From the NCBI GenBank assembly GCA_011605725.1, contig JAAOZP010000009.1, positions 1 through 64,000 of the forward strand: 64,000 bases of DNA, read 5' to 3'. The DNA is from Nitrososphaerota archaeon. GTDB taxonomy: Archaea > Thermoproteota > EX4484-205 > JAAOZP01. Position numbers and translations under genes: made by a program. Below the pieces are notes generated by a model. That model saw nothing but the letters and a program-made list of their open reading frames with translations. It did no database searches and was not told the origin of the DNA. Positions 58,070 to 64,000 of this stretch are shown here, one piece after another (the stretch's first letter is position 1; the number at the start of each line of letters is the position of its first letter).

Positions 58070-58550
58070 GGGAAGCCTTCCTCCACTGGCAATAGTCGTT
58101 AGGGTAAGGGGATGTGTAAACGTTACTAAAGATGTTTCCACTACGCTCAGGAAGCTTAGACTCCTCAGGGTGAACTCTTCGACGCTCGTCAGGCTGACTC
58201 CCTCAGTGGAAGGCATGCTGAGAAAAGCGAAGGATTATGTTTTCTGGGGGAGAATAGATAAGAACACGCTTCGCCTACTACTCTTGAAAAGAGGCAGGCT
58301 TCCTGGAAACAGGCGTTTAAGCGATGAGAATATTTCAAAATACACTAGGTACGGGACGCTGGATGAGCTTGTTGAAGCAGTCTGGCTGAGCAGCTCTCCG
58401 GCTGAGGCTATTAAACCTGTTAAGCCTGTTTTCAGGCTTAACCCGCCTAAAGGCGGGTTTAAGAGAAGCGTTAAAAAACCCGTTAAGAAAGGCGGTATAC
58501 TGGGAGACTGGGGAGATAGGGTAAGCCGGATTCTGCGGAGAATGGTCTAG
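58059..58550 (+). CDS. rpl30: 50S ribosomal protein L30 (uL30)
   Basis: VRVRG..LRL, FRLNPPKGG. Confidence 0.96.
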   Translation: MKSEGSLPPLAIVVRVRGCVNVTKDVSTTLRKLRLLRVNSSTLVRLTPSVEGMLRKAKDYVFWGRIDKNTLRLLLLKRGRLPGNRRLSDENISKYTRYGTLDELVEAVWLSSSPAEAIKPVKPVFRLNPPKGGFKRSVKKPVKKGGILGDWGDRVSRILRRMV

Positions 58551-58663
58551 CAGGCTGGGTCTGGCTTGAAAACTTGGCAAGGCTAAGCGTGAAAAGGTTT
58601 AAGACTCGCAGTAGTCTTAATGGTAAGGGTTAAAAAGTCCAGAATACTCTTCTCGCCGAGAAA

Positions 58664-59083
58664 TTGCCGACCAGGTTGAGAAAAGTAAGGAAGATGCGGG
58701 GCAGCAGAACCCACGGCTGGGGACAGGTAGGGCAGCATCGCAAATCAGGATCGAGAGGCGGTGTTGGCAGGGCTGGCAGCATGGGGCACAAGTTTCTAAT
58801 GTTCTATAAGGAGGAGAAGGAGAAAGGCTTCGTAAGAAAGGTTCCGAGGGTTGAAGGAGGGAAGATAAACGTTGGGAAGCTGGATGAGCTTTACAGAAGG
58901 ATGCACGGCAGGGCTCCGGAGGGTGGGGAAATTCTTGACCTGGCTGCGCTCGGCTATTCTAAGCTTCTCGGTTCTGGAAGTGTTTCCACAGCTTACGTGG
59001 TTAAGATTGCCTCTTTTAGCGAGAAGGCTAGGATGAAGATAGAGGCTAAAGGAGGCAGGATTGTTAAGCCTGGTGAAGCCTAA
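58664..59083 (+). CDS. rpl15: 50S ribosomal protein L15 (uL15)
   Basis: RGSRTHGWG..HRKSGSRGG, KLLGSG. Confidence 0.97.
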   Translation: MPTRLRKVRKMRGSRTHGWGQVGQHRKSGSRGGVGRAGSMGHKFLMFYKEEKEKGFVRKVPRVEGGKINVGKLDELYRRMHGRAPEGGEILDLAALGYSKLLGSGSVSTAYVVKIASFSEKARMKIEAKGGRIVKPGEA

Positions 59084-60489
59084 TGGGATTCTTGGAAGCC
59101 ATGGAGAGTATTGAGCCTTACGTTCCACAGATAGAGGCGCCGACTAGGAAGGTAGGCTTCACTACCAGGCTGATGTGGACAGGGCTCGTCCTGGCGCTAT
59201 ACTTGGTTATGGGCTATATTCCTCTCTACGGGATTGCAACCCAGGGGGCTGATCCTTGGGCGTCATACAGGATCATAATAGGGGGGCAGCAGGGTTCTCT
59301 ACTCCACCTCGGCATCGGCCCTCTGGTTACAGGCAGTCTTATAGTGCAGCTTCTAGCCGGATCCGGATTAATCCGGTTCGACCCGGGTTCAGAGTATGAC
59401 AGAAGGATGCTGCAGGTCGCTACTAAGCTGGTTACGCTCCTGCTAATCTTTTTCTCAGCAGGCTCAACTGTTTTCAGCGGATCCCTTGGAACACTAGGTC
59501 TTAAGGCTGAGATGATAGCTATGACGCAGCTTTCAATAGCCTCGGTTCTCCTTCTCTTCCTCGACGAGACTCTCCAGAAAGGCTGGGGCCTGGGCAGCGG
59601 GATAAGCCTATTCATCTTAGCCGGTGTTGCTAAGGAAATATGGCTGGGCTGCTTAAACCCTTTTCCAGCGCCTGACGGCTACATGTGGGGAGTACTGCTC
59701 TTCTTCCTCCAAAAGTCTTTCTCCCTTCAAAACCCTCTCTCCGACTTTTTCTACAGGCGTGCTCCAACTGTTCCCACGCTTTTTCAGCTTATTGTGACAA
59801 TACTGTTCATACTCTTGCTAATCTATCTTGAAAACGTTAGGATTAACATTCCGATCTCCCACGGCCGTTTCAGAGGCTTCTCCAGAGGCTTCCCCATCAG
59901 ATTGCTTTACGTTTCAAACATTCCAGTTATTCTCGCAGCCGCGATCTTCTCGAACATACAGCTGATGGCTAATGTTGCAAGCGGGACTTGGCTGGCTGAA
60001 ACACCGGTTGCCGACTTCATAGGAAGGGTTAAAGTGGTTAACAACACGTATGTTCCTGTTTCAGGGCTCGCTTGGCTAGTGAATCCTCCGAGAGGCGTCA
60101 CGCACGCTGCTGCGGAGCCTCTTCACGCGTTAGGCTACGTGGTGCTGCTAGCCTTCTTAAGCCTAGGCCTGTCGATGGTTTGGCTCTCCGTGTCAGGTAT
60201 GGATGCCAAATCAGTTTCCTCTCAGCTGGTTGACTCAGATATTTTCCTAAGAGGCTTCAGATCCACTCCCGGGGTAATCGAGAGTAAAATAGCTCCCTAC
60301 ATAAACACGGTTGCACTCCTAGGCGGTTTAACAATCGGGCTTATCGCTGGCGTGGGGGATGTGCTTGCCGTCATAGGCGGGGGAATGGGTGTTCTGCTGG
60401 CGGTGGACATTATTCAACAATACTATCAGTTGATAATGGAGGAGACTATTGAAACCCATCCCGGCCTGCTTAGAATGCTTGGTAAGTAG
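59083..60489 (+). CDS. secY: Protein translocase subunit SecY/Sec61alpha
   Basis: LGIGPLVT, GLGSGISLFI, LYVSNIPVI, GFR. Confidence 0.97.
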   Translation: MGFLEAMESIEPYVPQIEAPTRKVGFTTRLMWTGLVLALYLVMGYIPLYGIATQGADPWASYRIIIGGQQGSLLHLGIGPLVTGSLIVQLLAGSGLIRFDPGSEYDRRMLQVATKLVTLLLIFFSAGSTVFSGSLGTLGLKAEMIAMTQLSIASVLLLFLDETLQKGWGLGSGISLFILAGVAKEIWLGCLNPFPAPDGYMWGVLLFFLQKSFSLQNPLSDFFYRRAPTVPTLFQLIVTILFILLLIYLENVRINIPISHGRFRGFSRGFPIRLLYVSNIPVILAAAIFSNIQLMANVASGTWLAETPVADFIGRVKVVNNTYVPVSGLAWLVNPPRGVTHAAAEPLHALGYVVLLAFLSLGLSMVWLSVSGMDAKSVSSQLVDSDIFLRGFRSTPGVIESKIAPYINTVALLGGLTIGLIAGVGDVLAVIGGGMGVLLAVDIIQQYYQLIMEETIETHPGLLRMLGK

Positions 60490-60590
60490 CCAGAAACATT
60501 TATTTAACATCGTTTTTCCCGATGAATTAAGCATGGCACGTAAAGCTAGGCGTCTGTCTACGAGTGTTTTAAAACCGTTTACTGTGGAGG

Positions 60591-61049
60591 ATGATGGAAT
60601 TGTCCGCTAGTGGCGTAGTAATGGTGACGCTGGTTTCAGCAGTCGCCTCGCTCCTAGGCCACCTTGTTTTAAAGTTCTTCCTCCACCCTGAGAAAATAAG
60701 GTTGAAGACCGAGGAGTTAAAAGCATACAGGTTGGAGCGCGCCGCTGCAGTCAAGCTTAAGGATCAGAAGCTTCTTAAAAAGCTCGATAAGCAGAAGGTC
60801 TACATGTCTCAAGTCGAGCAGGAAGTCTCATCCTTCCAGCTTAAAACAATGCTCCTGAACATGGGCATCATGTTTTCAGCATTCTACTTTCTATGGTTCA
60901 CACTGCCTATGGGAGACATAGCCGGCCGTTTCTCAGCATCCCTATATGGTGGAAACGAGGAGTTACAGTTGAACTATGGCCTCTGGTACGTCATATCCCT
61001 CTCCTTCTTTCTACAGGTCTTCAGGAAAGCGTTTGAAGCAGGTGGCTGA
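60591..61049 (+). CDS. DUF106 / EMC3-TMCO1 (Oxa1 superfamily) membrane protein
   Basis: TM-coiled coil-TM-TM topology with WYVISL; conserved position after secY. Confidence 0.85.
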   Translation: MMELSASGVVMVTLVSAVASLLGHLVLKFFLHPEKIRLKTEELKAYRLERAAAVKLKDQKLLKKLDKQKVYMSQVEQEVSSFQLKTMLLNMGIMFSAFYFLWFTLPMGDIAGRFSASLYGGNEELQLNYGLWYVISLSFFLQVFRKAFEAGG

Positions 61050-61050
61050 A

Positions 61051-61614
61051 ATGGCGGGGTTAAAGAGGCCTAGAGGACCAATAATAATAGTAACAGGCTT
61101 ACACGGGGTTGGCAAATCGACTTTCGCAGCACCACTCGCAAGGGAGTTCAATCTTAAGTATGTTTCAACAGGCTCTGTTTTCCGTTCAATAGCTGAGAAA
61201 AAAGGGTTGACGCTCGCCCAGCTTTCAGAGCTCTGCAAGAAATCCCCAGATTTCGACAAGGAGATTGACAGTGTTACTCTCTCCCTGCTTGACTCTGGCG
61301 GAGTTGTTCTAGACAGCCTTCTAGCAGGATGGTTCGCTAGGAACGTTGAATCCTTCAAAATATATTTGAAGGCTCCTTTCGAGGAAAGGTGTAGGAGGAT
61401 TGCTGCGAGGGAGAAAAGGCCTCTGGAAGAAATAGTCTCCGAGACGATCATCAGGGAGGAGTCTGAGAGGAAAAGGTTCGTTGAATACTATGGTTTTAAC
61501 ATCGATGATTTAAGCATCTACGACATTATTATTGACACGGGGAGTCTCTCACAGGAATCTGTTGATAGAATACTTAAGTTAGCCGTATCCTCCTATTTAA
61601 AGGAGAAATGGTGA
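61051..61614 (+). CDS. cmk: Cytidylate kinase (archaeal type)
   Basis: GLHGVGKST, G.VFR..A, RIAARE, YDIIIDT. Confidence 0.92.
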   Translation: MAGLKRPRGPIIIVTGLHGVGKSTFAAPLAREFNLKYVSTGSVFRSIAEKKGLTLAQLSELCKKSPDFDKEIDSVTLSLLDSGGVVLDSLLAGWFARNVESFKIYLKAPFEERCRRIAAREKRPLEEIVSETIIREESERKRFVEYYGFNIDDLSIYDIIIDTGSLSQESVDRILKLAVSSYLKEKW

Positions 61615-61621
61615 TGGGGAA

Positions 61622-61915
61622 ATGCCTAGAGAAGTGTTACGACCAGGTAGAATATGCGTGATAACCCGTGGCAGGGATAGGGGGAAGAAATGCGTCGTAG
61701 TGGGAAGCATCGATGATTCCAGAGTTCTCGTAACAGGCCCCAAGGAGTTGAACGGTGTTAAGAGGGGTAGAAAGAATATTCTACACCTTCTGCCTCTTGC
61801 TGAAAACGTCAGAATAAGGGCGAACTCTAAAGATGAGACTGTTCTGGCAGCCCTGGAGAAAAGCGGCTTGAAAGAGTTCATGAGGGAGATTATGAGGATT
61901 GAGGACGCTTGTTGA
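61622..61915 (+). CDS. rpl14e: 50S ribosomal protein eL14
   Basis: [26 protein letters not shown]. Confidence 0.95.
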   Translation: MPREVLRPGRICVITRGRDRGKKCVVVGSIDDSRVLVTGPKELNGVKRGRKNILHLLPLAENVRIRANSKDETVLAALEKSGLKEFMREIMRIEDAC

Positions 61916-62898
61916 TTTCGTAAGGCTTCGGACGCTGGTTAAGGAGGAGTGTGAAACCGACGAGAAATACGGAGAGTACCCGGATAGGAGGAGCATTTCC
62001 AGGCTTCTGCAGCTGGGGATTGTGAACCTGGATAAGCCTCCGGGGCCCTCGAGCCACGACGTGTCTTCAACAGTTAAAAAGATTCTTAACGTTGAGAAGG
62101 CTGGGCACGCCGGGACCCTTGAAGCAATGGGGAGATCCCGGTGTATCCGGCGTCCTACCGGTATGTCTTAACGACGCCACTAAAACAATAGAATATCTTC
62201 ACATGATGAGTAAAGAGTATGTGGGAGTATGCGAGGTCCACGGGGATTTCGAAGAGAAGGCTTTGCAAAGATGGGTTGAGAAGATGACTGGCCCCATATA
62301 CCAACGTCCTCCAGTGAAATCATCCGTTAAAAGGTCGTTGCGTCGGAGAATTATTGTAAGGTTTACGGTTGAGGATGTTTCCGACAGGAGGTTCGTTTTC
62401 AGAGTTGTAACTGAACCAGGCACGTATGTTAGGAAGCTTCTCCACGACCTTGGTCTGCTTCTAGGAACTGGTGCGCATATGGTTGAGCTTAGAAGAGTTA
62501 GAGACGGTTTTCTAGACGAGGATTCTTCAACGACCCTTCTAGAGCTGTACGCTGCTTGGCATCTCTACTCTGAGAAGGGTGATGAAACTCTTGTCAGAAG
62601 GTTTGTCAAGCCTGTTGAAGAGGCTTTCAAAGGTTTCCCTTCAGTATACATTAAGGATAGCGCGGTTGCAGCAGTTGCCCACGGAGCTCCACTCGCGTCC
62701 CGGGGTGTTTCAAAAATAGACCACCCGCTTTCCAAGGGAGACGTGGTATGCATAAAAACCCTGAAGGGGGAATGCGTGGGCTTCGGTACTCTAACCATGA
62801 GTTCAGACGAGGTTCTGCAGGCTAAGAGCGGGATAGTTGTTTCAGTAGAGAGGGTTGTGATGGATAGGAACCTCTATCCAAAGATGTGGGGAGGATAA
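61899..62898 (+). CDS. cbf5: H/ACA RNA-guided pseudouridine synthase Cbf5, two exons (61899-62121 + 62135-62898)
   Basis: [16 protein letters not shown] in one frame and [22 protein letters not shown] plus PUA domain in another; removing 13 nt restores GTL-D-P. Confidence 0.95.
62122..62134 (+). other. 13-nt BHB-type mRNA intron in cbf5
   Basis: CGGGA/TCCCG outer helix, bulges TG|A and AG|A, central helix CCCT/GGGG, inner A-GCAA-T loop. Confidence 0.88.
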
Positions 62899-62986
62899 TA
62901 GTCTGTTAACCTACCGACTTCTATCCTCATGTTCAGTACCTTGGCTGACAAAGCTTAAAAACATGTTTCCGTGAAAAATCCTGAAT

Positions 62987-63100
62987 GCCGAGGTGCCCGA
63001 ACCTGGCTAAGGGGCAAGCCTGGAGCATGAAACAGTTAAAGCAGTTTCAGAAAGCTTGTGGCCCTCATGGGCCTTAGGGGTTCAAATCCCCTCCTCGGCG
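62987..63100 (+). tRNA. tRNA-Ser(GGA) with 27-nt intron at 37/38 (63026-63052)
   Basis: GCCGAGG/CCTCGGC-G; CAAGC-CT GGA G[intron]A-GCTTG; CTGG/TCAG BHB helix; long variable arm. Confidence 0.95.
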
Positions 63101-63548
63101 TTTAAATATTTATATCATTTTTTAAATGTGTTAAATCAAGAGTGCTTTAAATAGAGAAGCATAAGATATTTGAGGCGATGTATGAAAAGCCTGAATAATA
63201 CTTCGGAGGCGGACTAACACTGTGTCATCGCTGCCATCATCTCCAGGCCACCGGTCGGATGCTGGTTGGCAGCCGTATCCAGCAAGATTGTAAGCTACAA
63301 GTAATCTGTATGGGGAGTTTAAGATTTATTGCTGATAACAAGGATTGCAGGTCAGCTTATCACACTTACCAGGGTGGGAAACGGAGGAGGTGGAGAGCGC
63401 TTTTAAACAGGTTTCCCCACGCCTCATTAGGAGTAGAATGCTGTTTCAGCATCCGAGCGAGAAATCTTCAAGTTTAACCATGTTTCTCAAGGCTGTTCAG
63501 GCAATAATGTTTATAACCGGCTCCCGGGAAGCCTCATTAAGCCTGCTT

Positions 63549-64000
63549 ATGAGCAACAGGGAGTTTAAGGAGATAGTGCGGATCGCCGGCGTGGATTGCG
63601 ATGGGAAGAGAATGGTATTGGACGGTCTATCACTGGTTAAAGGCATAGGCTGGTCTACTGCCAGGGCGCTATGCATAGCTCTAAACATACCGATGAACAC
63701 TAGGCTTGGCTACTTGTCTGAAGAAGAGGTTTCAAGAATAGAGGCTGCGCTGAACAATCCCAGGTCTCTGAACATACCTGTTTGGATGCTTAACAGGAGA
63801 AGGGATCCTGTAACTGGTGAGGATAAGCACCTTATAACTTCTGACTTGGAGCTTACTCAGAAGATGGATATTGAGAGAATGATGAAGATTAAGTCTTGGA
63901 AGGGCGTTAGACATTCCCTCGGTTTAAAGGTTAGGGGTCAGAGGACTAGGACAACCGGTAGGACCGGTGGGCCAGTTGGTTTTTCAAAAGCCGCTGCTGC
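63549..64000 (+). CDS. rps13: 30S ribosomal protein S13 (3'-truncated by the window; not in ORF track)
   Basis: Manual translation IVRIAG..KGIG..IPVWMLNRRRD..GVRHSLGLKVRGQRTRTTGR. Confidence 0.97.
   Translation, partial: MSNREFKEIVRIAGVDCDGKRMVLDGLSLVKGIGWSTARALCIALNIPMNTRLGYLSEEEVSRIEAALNNPRSLNIPVWMLNRRRDPVTGEDKHLITSDLELTQKMDIERMMKIKSWKGVRHSLGLKVRGQRTRTTGRTGGPVGFSKAAA

Noticed and set aside
60518-60570. C/D box sRNA after secY (CGATGA)
   Set aside because: No properly placed CTGA D/D' boxes.
295-63914. Numerous antisense or alternate-frame ORFs in the track (e.g. 1405..2199, 21956..22486, 38631..39104, 52277..52735)
   Set aside because: They shadow well-supported genes and have no recognisable motifs.
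1-64000. CRISPR array, transposase/integrase, rRNA
   Set aside because: No regularly spaced repeats, recombinase motifs or rRNA sequence were seen.

Overview
Archaeal chromosome segment, most likely a TACK-lineage thermophile (HMf-type histone, eL14/eL20/eS19, Nep1, Cbf5, BHB-type introns); a Brockarchaeota/Bathyarchaeia-like host is only an inference. The first ~15.6 kb is an accessory region that looks like an archaeal polymorphic-toxin locus. Two giant paralogous proteins share a conserved trunk but end in different PD-(D/E)xK nuclease-like tips, and each is followed by a tightly linked small gene (candidate immunity). The locus also has a duplicated immunity gene, an orphan toxin-tip plus immunity cassette, and a G6-tract frameshift that separates the signal peptide from toxin 2. 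A split AAA+ ATPase gene suggests an ~8 kb inversion. The rest is mostly housekeeping: split S10/spc ribosomal clusters, the L11-L1-L10-L12 and eS19-eL31-FtsY clusters, ileS, feoAB with a DtxR regulator, and five tRNAs (two with introns). Smaller points of interest are a NikR-type operator before an ECF-S/FmdE pair, sugar-utilisation genes and gene relics, two candidate structured RNAs flanking tRNA-Val, and a cbf5 gene interrupted at its catalytic Asp by a 13-nt BHB intron. All calls come from reading the sequence; no database searches were run.
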